DNA of 64,000 bases from positions 17,980,001-18,044,000 of the forward strand of contig JBHGNT010000001.1 in assembly GCA_043228905.1 (NCBI GenBank), read 5' to 3'. A program made the position numbers and the translations under genes. Below are positions 12,118-22,615 of this stretch, one piece after another (position 1 is the first letter of the stretch; each line of letters starts with the position of its first letter). The stretch comes from Azolla caroliniana (Eukaryota; Plantae; Polypodiophyta). Under the pieces are notes generated by a model. It did not search any database. It was not told where the DNA came from and worked only from the letters and a program-made list of their open reading frames with translations.

Positions 12118-15100
12118 TGTTGGGATTACGGTCCCTCCGGATGGGATGGTCAGATGTCCGGGAATCGGGAATGAAGACCCGAATGAGGAGTACCCGGTAT
12201 CGGAACCGGATGATGAAGAACCGGTTTCGGATCCGGATGATGAAGACCCCGGCTACGGAGCCGGATGACGAATGTACCCGGAGAGAGATCCGGATGCGGG
12301 GACACATTTGTGAATATGTTTGCCAAGGGCCCTCTAGGCTATATCTGTAAATAGCCCGAAAGTCATATGTGTATAAATATGACTTAGGGCAAACAGTTTT
12401 GTTGTTGTTGCTCATTTTTCTGTTTTCCACTTAGAGGGAGCGAAGTGAGAGCAGCCGAGAGAGAGAGAGAGTGAGAGAGAGAGAGAAAGGAAGAGGTCGA
12501 CGCCTCTGTGTAATACCGCCGCCTGTGGCGAGGACAGCGAGCTCAAGGTCGTCGCCTTGCAGCTCGCCATTGTACATTCCCTGCGTATAGTGATAGTTGG
12601 AGTCTTGCACTCCCGTGGTTTTTCCCGTCTAGGGTTTTCCACGCTAAACCCTGTGCATTCGAGTCTCTCTCTGTGTTTTCGATTTACTGCTGCATTGACT
12701 CGTGTGTCCTCGGTTGTGGCCGAGAGGTGAAGGTTTTGAAAGCGTCAATTTCTAACAATCTGGTATCAGAGCGACTGCAGTGCAAAAAAAATGGAAGGCG
12801 GCAGCAGCGGGCAGCCGGGGATGATGGTGCTGAATGCGCAGAACTACGCCGACTGGAAGATAAAGATGGAGGATCTGCTCATTGTTCGGGACCTGTATGA
12901 ACCGATCGACAGGTCGGAAATACCCAAGGGGGTACTTGAGATGGAATGGAGGCTTCTGAACCGGAAAGCCGTTGCAACCATTCGGCAATACGTCGACGTG
13001 AGCGTTCTACAACATGTGGCGAACGACACCAACGCATATGAAATGTGGCAGAAGCTGTCGGGCCTCTACGAGAGGAAGAATGCGTTGAACCGGACCTCCC
13101 TGATGAGGAAGATAGTGAACCTCAAGTACCGGGACGGCGAGAGTATGGTGGAACACGTAAGCACATTCATGGGATTCGTGAACCAGCTTGCGGCGATCAA
13201 GTTCCCGTTGGAGGATGCAATGCAAGCCATCATGCTAATGTGTACATTGCCGGAAAGCTGGGAGAACTTGGTGGTGACTCTCAGCACCTCCTGCACCGAA
13301 GATAACTTGTCCCTACAAACGGTAAAGACAAGCATTTTGAACGAAGAAGCGCGTCGGAGAGATAAAGAACCGGCCTCCGATCCGAAGATGCTGCTTACCG
13401 AATCGGATCGGGGAAGACAACGGAACCGGAGTCCGCAAAGACGGGAGAAGTCGGGGACCCGGTCGCAGTCAAGAGGAAGGCCCACATGCTTCCACTGTGG
13501 GAAGCCGGGGCACTTCCGAAAGAATTGTCGGCATTACCGAAAAGACAACGGAGCCGACGACACCGATTCGAAGAAGTTTTCGGAATGGAACGGTGCTTAC
13601 CGGGGAGCCACGGACCGGAATGGTTCGGATCGGCGAGGGCAGGACCGGAAAGGAACGACGGCACTCGCGGCAAGTGAAGAGGAGATCATGCTCATCACCG
13701 AAGAAGGTGAACTAAACATTGCCGGCGATGAGACTACCTGGGTGGTCGATTCCGGAGCGTCGTTCCACCTGACCCCGGAAAGAAGATACTTCTCATCCTA
13801 CACAGCCGGTGAGCATGGCTGTGTTCGGATGGGAAATGAAGGTACGTGCCGGATTGCCGGCATAGGAGACGTGTGGTTGACAACCTCGACCGGATGCAAA
13901 ATGTTGCTGAAGGATGTCCGACACGTTCCGGAGGTTCGACTGAACCTGATTTCGGCCGGGAGGCTAGACGATGAAGGCTACACAGGTAGCATCCGGAACT
14001 GCGTAATGAAGTTCAGCAAGGGGAGCCTGATAGTGGCTCGGGCCCGGAAAGTCAACACACTGTACCTTATGAATGCCTGGTTGTGTCCGGAGGAGTTGAA
14101 CGTGGCAGCCGACACTGCCGGTGAGCTATGGCACAAGAGACTGTGCCACATGAGTGAGAAGGGAATGAAGAGGCTTGCAGAAGACAATCTTATTCCAGTG
14201 AAGCATGTGCACCTGGAGAAGTGCACCGATTGCCTGGCCGGTAAGCAGAACCGAACCTCTTTCCACTCAAGGCCACCGACGAGACGTAGCGCACCATTGG
14301 AGTTGGTGCACACTGACGTGTGTCAAGTAGAAACGAAGTCACATGGCGGAGCCCAGTACTTCGTGACATTCATTGATGACCACAGCCGGAAGCTGTGGAC
14401 GGCACCGTTGAAGACAAAGGACCAAGTGTTGTGCGTCTTCAAAGAACTCCACGCGAGAGTGGAAAGGGAATCCGGCAAGAAGCTGAAAGCGATACGAGCG
14501 GATAACGGAGGGGAATACCGGGGGCAGTTCGAGGAGTACTGTCGCTCGAAGGGAATCCGGCTCGAGTTTACTGTGCCGAAGACGCCGAATCTGAACGGGC
14601 TGGCCGAGAGGATGAACCGGACCATAATGGAGAGGGTCCGGAGTATGTTGGCGCATGCGAAATTACCCAAGGGGTTTTGGGCTGAGGCAATGTCGACGGC
14701 GACATACGTGATAAACAGATCACCCTCAGTACCTTTGGACGGAGACACGCCGCAGAGAGTGTGGACTGGAAGGGAAGTATCCTACCGGCATCTGAAGGTG
14801 TTCGGGTGTCTCGCATATGTGCATGTGGCAAAGAACCGGAGAGGAAAGCTAGATCCAAAGACCCGGCCATGCATATTCCTCGGTTACGGCGATGACGAGT
14901 TCGGCTACCGAGTATGGGACCCGGTCGACAAAAAGATATTCCGGAGTCGTGATATCATCTTCATGGAGGACAAGACACTCGCCGACTGGGAGTCGGAGAA
15001 GAAGATGAAGAGCTCCAAGTCGACCGGTGAGGATCAACTCTACGAGGAGCAGTCCCGACCGGCAAGGGACCGGTTAGCACTCGAGGATCCGGCCGAAGAC

Positions 15101-17514
15101 GGTGAAGAAACAGAACCGGCTGAGGAAGATGAAACTGATACCGGAACCGACCCCGATCCCGAAATGGATTCGGATGAAGAGGAAACGGAGGAGCCGGTTA
15201 CCGAAGCTCCGGAACGGAGATATCCTCTAAGAGAGAGAAGGGCCCCCCGGAGATTTCCGGAACCAGAGCACGTGCTGCTAACCGACGAGGGGGAGCCGGA
15301 GAGTTTTGAAGAAGCAAAGCTTGACACCCATAGCCGCAGGTGGTTCAGTGCCATGCAGGAGGAGATGGATTCCCTGCATGAGAACCACACATATGAACTT
15401 GTGGAGTTGCCGAAAGGAAAGCGGGCACTTCGAAACAAGTGGGTGTTCAAGCTGAAACCGGGAGATGCCGGAAACCCCTCGAGATACAAAGCCAGGATCG
15501 TGGTGAAGGGGTTCCAGCAGAAGAAGGGCGTCGACTTCGACGAGATATTTGCCCCGGTAGTGAAGATGACCTCCATCCGGACGGTGCTGAGCATAGCGGC
15601 AAGCATGGACCTCGAGGTAGAACAGATGGACGTGAAGACGGCATTCCTTCACGGTGACCTCGAAGAAGAGATCTACATGCAGCAACCGGAAGGATTCGAG
15701 AAGAAAGGGAAGGAGCACCTGGTATGCCGGTTGAAGAAGAGCCTTTACGGACTGAAGTAGGCTCCCCGGCAATGGTACCGGAAGTTCGACTCTTTCATGA
15801 CCGACGAAGGGTACCACAAAACGCAGTCCGATCACTGCGTGTTTGTGAAGAAGTTCGAAGGAGGAGACTTTCTAATACTCCTCCTGTACGTGGACGACAT
15901 GTTGATCGTCGGACGGGACCAGGTCAAGATACGGATGCTGAAGAAAGCGCTTCACCGAACCTTCTCAATGAAGGACCTGGGTCCGGCGAGGCAAATACTA
16001 GGGATGCACATCATCTGGGACCGGAAGAAGAAGCAGTTGTGGCTGTCACAGGAGAAGTACGTGACAAAGGTGCTTAACCGGTTCAACATGTCGGAAGCAA
16101 GACCGGTCGGGTCAACCCTCCCGGCAAACTGCAAGTTGTCCAGCAAGCAAAGCCCCAAGACAAAGGCTGAGAAGGAGGACATGATGAAAGTACCATATGC
16201 CTCTGCCGTCGGAAGCTTGATGTACGCAATGGTGTGTACAAGACCGGACATAGGATATGCAGTCGGAGTGGTGAGCCGGTACATGAGCAATCCCGGCAAA
16301 GAGCACTGGAACGCGGCCAAGTGGATACTCCGATACCTGAAGGGCACGGCAAACGTGTGCCTCCGATTCGGCTCCGGTAAGCCCGAACTCGACGGCTTTA
16401 CCGATTCGGATATGTCGGTTGATGCAGATACCAGCCGGTCCACATCAGGGTATGTGATGACGTATGCAGGGGGAGCTGTTTCGTGGCAGTCGAGGCTGCA
16501 GAAGACGGTTGCATTGTCAACCACGGAGGCGGAGTACATGGCGGCTGTTGAAGCCGGCAAGGAAATGATATGGATGAAGGACTTCATTAGAGAGCTCGGT
16601 ATCCGGCAGGAGGAGTACCGACTCTACTGCGACAGTCAGAGTGCCATCCACCTTGCGAAGAACGCGGCCTATCACTCCCGGATGAAGCACATCCAGCGAA
16701 GATATCACTGGATCCGGGAAAGGATAGAAGACCAGGAGTTTGTGCTGACGAAGATCCACACGGACGAGAACGGGTCAGACATGCTGACCAAAGTGCTCAC
16801 ACCCGACAAGCTGGAAGCGTGCCGGAAGAGGGTCGGACTGGAAAGACATCCCATGCCGAAGTGAAGGGGGAGTTTGTTGGGATTACGGTCCCTCCGGATG
16901 GGATGGTCAGATGTCCGGGAATCGGGAATGAAGACCCGAATGAGGAGTACCCGGTATCGGAACCGGATGATGAAGAACCGGTTTCGGATCCGGATGATGA
17001 AGACCCCGGCTACGGAGCCGGATGACGAATGTACCCGGAGAGAGATCCGAATGCGGGGACACATTTGTGAATATGTTTGCCAAGGGCCCTCTAGGCTATA
17101 TCTGTAAATAGCCCGAAAGTCATATGTGTATAAATATGACTTAGGGCAAACAGTTTTGTTGTTGTTGCTCATTTTTCTGTTTTCCACTTAGAGGGAGCGA
17201 AGTGAGAGCAGCCGAGAGAGAGAGAGAGTGAGAGAGAGAGAGAAAGGAAGAGGTCGACGCCTCTGTGTAATACCGCCGCCTGTGGCGAGGACAGCGAGCT
17301 CAAGGTCGTCACCTTGCAGCTCGCCATTGTACATTCCCTGCGTATAGTGATAGTTGGAGTCTTGCACTCCCGTGGTTTTTCCCGTCTAGGGTTTTCCACG
17401 CTAAACCCTGTGCATTCGAGTCTCTCTCTGTGTTTTCGATTTACTGCTGCATTGACTCGTGTGTCCTCGGTTGTGGCCGAGAGGTGAAGGTTTTGAAAGC
17501 GTCAATTTCTAACA
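12118..17514 (+). mobile_element. Copia-6: full-length young Ty1/copia, LTRs 12118-12757 and 16875-17514, TSD CTACC
   Basis: Two 640-bp LTRs with 2 differences seen. PBS TGGTATCAGAGC at 12761-12772; PPT 16861-16872. CTACC at 12113-12117 and 17515-17519. Confidence 0.97.
12791..16864 (+). pseudogene. Copia-6 gag-pol polyprotein with one premature stop (TAG 15758-15760)
   Basis: 989-aa and 355-aa ORFs in the same frame; Copia-1 has CAG at this codon. Confidence 0.93.
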
Positions 17515-20500
17515 CTACCCGTGTAGCCTTCATCATCTAGCCGACTGGCTGATATCAGGTTCAAATGAACCTCCGGAACGTGTCGGACATCCTTCAACAG
17601 GAGCTTGCATCCGGTTGGTGTTGTAAACCACACGTCTCCTATGCCGACAATTCGGCATGTACCTTCATTCCCCATCCGGACACAGCCGTGATCACCGGCT
17701 GAGTAGGATGAGAAGCACTTCCGGTCCGGGGTAAGGTGGAACGACGCTCCAGAGTCGACCACCCAGGTCATCTCGTCGCCGGCAAGGTTTATCTCACTCT
17801 CCTCGGTGATGAGCATCAACTCTTCTTCACTTGCCGCAATTGCCTTCGTTCCCTTCCGGTCCGGCCCCCTCCAGTCTTTACCGTTCCGATCCGGTGTCCG
17901 CTTCGAATCAGTACCGTCGGTTTCCTTGTCTTTTCGGAAATGCCGACAGTTCTTCTGGAAGTGTCCCGGCTTGGCGCAATAGAAGCAAGTAGGGCCCCCC
18001 CTTGACTTTGACCGTGTCCCCGACTTTTCCCGGTTCTGGGGGCTACATTTCCTTTGTCTTCCGCATTCCAATTCGTCCATTTTCTGTGTCGTTTCGCTCT
18101 GATACCACTTTGACAGGAACTACACACTCCCGATGAACAACGCTCGGCCATAACCGAGCTTAGAATCAAAACACAAAAAAGAACGGGAATGAATGCACGA
18201 CACAATGGAGAGAAGAGAACACAGGATGTTAACGTGGAAAACCCAAACTAGGGAAAAAACCATAGCAGCCCACAGACTGCAAACTATCACTATGTCAAAA
18301 TGTACAAATGGTAAAGCACCAAAGCAACGACCTCGAGCTTTCTATCTTCGCCACAGGCGACGATTACAACAGAGGCAACGACCTCTTCCTCTCTCTCCCT
18401 CTCTCTTTACACAATTACGCGCTCTAATCTTACGCCAACAAGAATGACAACAACTCGTAATCAGTTTGCCCTAAGTCATATTTATACTAATATGACTTTT
18501 CGGCTATTTACAAATATAGTCCCGATGGACTCTCAGAAAACATATTTACGAATATGTCCCTTCATCCGGTGAGCACTCCTCACCAGGCCTTCACCATCCG
18601 GCTCTAGCCCGGTACTCCTCATCCGGTTCTCACCAGGTCTTCCGTAGCCGGGTACTCGTCATCCGGCGCTTGTCGGGTACACCACATTCGGTTCTCACCG
18701 AGTCTTCTGTAGCCGGGTACTTGTCATCCGGTTTCGGCCTCGTCTCCCGTAGCCGGGTACTCCACATCCGGTTTCGGCCTCGGCCGAGTTTGCTCATCAG
18801 TACTGTTCTTCTCACTTCCCATCCGGAGGGACCTGTTTCCTAACAAACTCCCCCTTCACTCCGGCATGGGATGTCTTACTAGTCTGATCCGCTTCTGGCA
18901 TGCATCCAGCTTGTCGGGTATCGGTAATTTGGTTAGCATATCTGACCCGTTCTTGGCCGTTTGCTCATCAGTACTGTTCTTCTCACTTCCCATCCGGAGG
19001 GACCTGTTTCCTAACAATTTCCAGTGTTGTAAACTTCCGAGAGTAGATGGCGACCGGATGCAGGGTGCCATCGTCGTCTGGCTGAGACAAGACCGCACCT
19101 ATGGCAAAGTCGAAGGTGTCGGTTTCAACCTAGAAAGGGCCGGTGGGGTCGGGGTGGACTAACACGGGGGCAGAGAGAAAAGTTTCTTTGAGGGCATTAA
19201 AAGCATTGCGTGTTGCGGGGTCCAAAGAAATGGAGTATCTTTCCGGGTAAGTTGGATGAGAGGTTGGACTAGGGAAGAGAATCCATCTATAAATCGTCTA
19301 TAAAAAATTGCAAAACCAAGAAACGATTGTACCTCTTTCAACCGAGTCAGGAGAGGCCAATCAGTGATTGCCGCTACCTTGCGTTCATCCATTGTGATCC
19401 CGGTAGGTGAGATCATGTAACCCAGGAATTCAACAAAGGTCCTATCGAATTCGCATTTCTCACTTTTGGTGAAAAGTCCAGTTTGGTGAGAACCAGCCGG
19501 ACGTGGTGTGTTTGCTCCTCCCAGTTGGAAGAAAAAACTAGGATGTCGTCAAGGTAGATGACCACGAAATGATCGAGATACTCTCGAAAAATATCGTTCA
19601 TCATGTGTTGGAAGACGGGCGGAGTGTTGGTAAGGCCGAATGGCATCACTTTGTACTCGAAATGTCCATAGCGCATCCAAAAGGTTGTTTGCCACTCGTC
19701 CCCAGGGTTGATGCGCACCAAATTGTAGGCGCCCCGAAGGTCGATTTTGGAGAAGATATGCCTAGTTCGGAGTCGATCGAGGAGCGCTGGAATTAAGGGG
19801 CAGAGGGTAACGATTACGCACCGTAACTTTGTTGAGACCCCGATAATCCACACATAAGTGTAAGGAGCCGTCATTCTTTTTGACAAATAAGATTGATGCC
19901 CTGACCGGTGATTTGGAGGGTTGAATGAAGCCCTTCCCGAGATTCTCAGCCAGATATGTGTGAAGAGCCTCAAGTTTGGGTTCAGATAACCCATAGATAG
20001 GACCGAATGGGGGATGCTCACCAGCTTGGAGTTCGATTGGGCAATCGTAGGGGCGATGAGCCGGTAACCGATCGGCATTCTGCTTTTCGAAGATGTCGGA
20101 AAAGTCGCTATATCGGACGGGTAAATTGTTGACATGAACGGTGACGTCCCCCAACACAACGACCAGTGTAGCGACCAAACCGGACTCGACCACAACAGAA
20201 TCAGAGAGAGTGTCGTGACCTAACAGGATTTGGCCTTACTGGAAAAGTGATGGAGCGGTTACACCAATCCACCGTCGGATTGTGTGTCTCCAACCAAGAT
20301 AGCCCAACCCAATCGGATGTCGGGGGGTTGCGATGAGGTAGAACGTGAGTTCCTCTTGGTGCGCTCCAACTTGAAGTACCAACAGGATAGTGGCTTTGGT
20401 AACCGCCCCCGAAGAAAGAACCCGACCGTCGATCGCGTCAACAGATATGGGTTGTGATGTGCGGCCGGTGGGGATATTATGTGCACGGACAAACAATTTA

Positions 20501-20663
20501 TCGATAAAGCAAGTAGATGGTCCGGAATTGAGCAAGGCATGAGAATTTATTGAAGTCAAACCAAAACAAAGACTTACTTGCAAAGAAAACCCTCCTAATG
20601 GTGGAACGGACTTGTAGGAGCATGGAGTAGGTGAGTAACGGGAAGCGTCCAACGACATGGCTC

Positions 20664-21701
20664 CTACTGCATCCGGACTTGGTCGTTTTCCTGTTGTCTA
20701 GGAACCTCTGCAAGACGTGCATGATGGAATTGGTGTCGCGGGCCCCGCACCGGGCAGTGGCGGATGACATGTCCGGGGTTGCCACAATAGAGACTGAGTC
20801 CATTGTCCTGACGATGTTGGCGTTGGGCTTCAATTAGTGGTTGGAACCGAGCGTGGTCAATCTCCATCGGGATATGGAAATTGACCTCCCTCATGGTATG
20901 GGTATCACTGGGTGATGGTAAGGTTGGCGTGGGAGACAAGTAGGGCCTAGCGATTGATGCGTTTCGGGACGAAGCCTGAGACCGACGAGTCCCCCGTTCT
21001 TCTTGACAAAGTTCGAAGAGACGATTGTCACACTGGACAGCTTGGGAGATTACTTGAGACAACGATGTGGGCTCCGGGAAGTTTAAGAGAAGGATCTTGA
21101 CGTCGTTTCGGAGGCCATGACGGAAATGGTCGCATAGGGCTTGTTCATCCCAATTGACATCGCAGGCAATCTGACAGAACTTTGAGGCATAGACCGAGGT
21201 TGGACGTGAGCCTTGTTGGAAAGAATAAAGCTTTGTGAGTGTCGTTCTTCGTCGGTCTGTCTCGCCAAATGTCGCTTCGAGCTCCTCAATGAAAGCGGTG
21301 AAGTTTTCTAAGAGAGGGGATGATGTCTCAATCAAGGGTGCGAACCACGCTTGCGCCGGCCCGGAGAGAAGTGTGCCGACAAGCCCAACCTGAGAAAAGT
21401 TGCTAGCATATCGTTGGGGCTGCAACCGGATGATAAGCCGAATTTGGTTGATGAAGCCGTGAAGATATGCCCTCGTGTCGTTGAATTTATCCAGTAGGTT
21501 GATGGTTGGTTCGAGGACATATGGATGGGAAGAGGACGTGGTCGGACTATGTGCTGATGGTGGTTGTGGCTCGACAGGTGGTGGATTTCTTGAAGTGTCG
21601 TATTGCAACTCTCGTAATGATTCCCGAAGGATTACATTCTCTAACTGAAGTTGTTGCAAGGCTATCATGATTTGGTTTAGGTTGTTGACGGAGCCAGACA
21701 T
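20664..21701 (-). CDS. chromovirus Gag (PEG10/sushi-type capsid, degenerate CCHC knuckle)
   Basis: Open ORF from MSGSVNN; motifs LLSGPAQAW, QGSRPTSVYASKF, PMEID, LYCGNPGHVIRHC. Confidence 0.85.
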   Translation of the reverse strand: MSGSVNNLNQIMIALQQLQLENVILRESLRELQYDTSRNPPPVEPQPPSAHSPTTSSSHPYVLEPTINLLDKFNDTRAYLHGFINQIRLIIRLQPQRYASNFSQVGLVGTLLSGPAQAWFAPLIETSSPLLENFTAFIEELEATFGETDRRRTTLTKLYSFQQGSRPTSVYASKFCQIACDVNWDEQALCDHFRHGLRNDVKILLLNFPEPTSLSQVISQAVQCDNRLFELCQEERGTRRSQASSRNASIARPYLSPTPTLPSPSDTHTMREVNFHIPMEIDHARFQPLIEAQRQHRQDNGLSLYCGNPGHVIRHCPVRGPRHQFHHARLAEVPRQQENDQVRMQ

Positions 21702-22107
21702 GGTAGCAAGAAGAGGGAAGGTGAACAAATTGTCACGGACAAGTATTATAGAGCAAAGCGAAGACAAGACTAGAACACAAGAGAGAGGAAAGGAACAAGA
21801 ACTCAACTTATAGAAACCGTAACTAGTGTTGTTCACCTTGATTAGAATCAAGGTGCACCTGAGTATTTATACAAGAAGGCAAGGCTATATGTAAGCCAGC
21901 TAAAAATAGAGTATGCATGAGGATGCTTGCAATAGAGAATGCACGAGAATGTGTGCAAGCTAGAAATGTCCAATGTTCAATCTACATTACATGAAGTTGG
22001 ATTTGGTACACAGATGCATATGTAGTTCAATTGGTAGGGTTGCCCAATAGAGACCATGAGGTCTTGGGTTTAATCCCTACCTTCCTCTGTGGCATATGTC
22101 TATGACA

Positions 22108-22217
22108 GATATATCCAGACACCGATTCGGGTACTTATTCGGTTTTCCATTCCAGATACCAATATGGCTCTGGCTTATTCAACCGATCCGGATCCAGTTG
22201 AGCTTGCCCGCTCAACA
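22108..22217 (-). mobile_element. U3 remnant of the Copia-4 5' LTR
   Basis: Ends GTTGAGCTTGCCCGCTCAACA, like the other LTR termini of this family. Confidence 0.7.
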
Positions 22218-22359
22218 CATAGGAATTCTGGTGCAGAAGTTGTAATGAACCTTGGTAGTAGTTGCTGCAATGGAAGCTCACATAGAAAAAAGAGTAGTTG
22301 GAAATGTAAGGTGTAACACACTATTTTATGAAAGTTGGAAATGGAACTCTCATAATCAT

Positions 22360-22615
22360 GTTAGCCAGCTTGTTGAAGCATGAGATGTGTTCTAGAAGCT
22401 TCTAACTACATATGTGGTTTCATGGAATGCAATGATGACAGGACATACAAGACATGGATGTTGGTTGATATGAGTTTGATGTGGGGGGGAAATGAACCAT
22501 GCTATAACAAGTAGGGCATCATTGAATGCATTGATCACATGTTATGCAAACAGTGGTAATAGTTTTGTGCCTTGAAGTTTTTGGCAAAAATGTTGGGTGA
22601 GAAGGTGGAAATAAT
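22360..22615 (+). pseudogene. PLS-class pentatricopeptide-repeat (PPR) gene fragment
   Basis: Manual translation: SQLVEA*DVF*KLLTTYVVSWNAMMTGHTRHG ... SLNALITCYANSGN/ALKFLAKMLGEKVE, with stops and a frameshift. Confidence 0.75.

Larger units (their letters stand above)
11011..18080 (-). pseudogene. Copia-5 fusion ORF (NC-PR-INT N-terminus-RNaseH, about 555 aa once Copia-6 is removed)
   Basis: 17515-18080 and 11011-12112 join in frame (EGYTGS|IRNDVMKF). Confidence 0.8.
10271..19016 (-). mobile_element. Copia-5: internally deleted copia, TSD ATTTC; 3' LTR 10271-11000, extended 5' LTR 18111-19016; interrupted by Copia-6
   Basis: ATTTC at 10266-10270 and 19017-19021. PBS GCTCTGATACCA at about 18096-18107. 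PPT at 11001-11014. Confidence 0.93.
8303..22107 (-). mobile_element. Ty3/gypsy chromovirus (Tcn1/Tf1-sushi-like): 5' LTR 21731-22107, truncated 3' LTR 8303-8438; interrupted by Copia-5
   Basis: Gag 20664-21701, PR, RT (YLDD, 19413-20195), RNaseH, INT and chromodomain (EEYEV...YLVLWKGYP...TWEP, 8496-8912). PPT GAGGGAGGATAA at 8439-8450. 8303-8438 matches 21971-22107. Confidence 0.92.

Noticed and set aside
15758-15760. Programmed stop readthrough in Copia-6
   Set aside because: The stop lies mid-RT and Copia-1 has CAG at this position.
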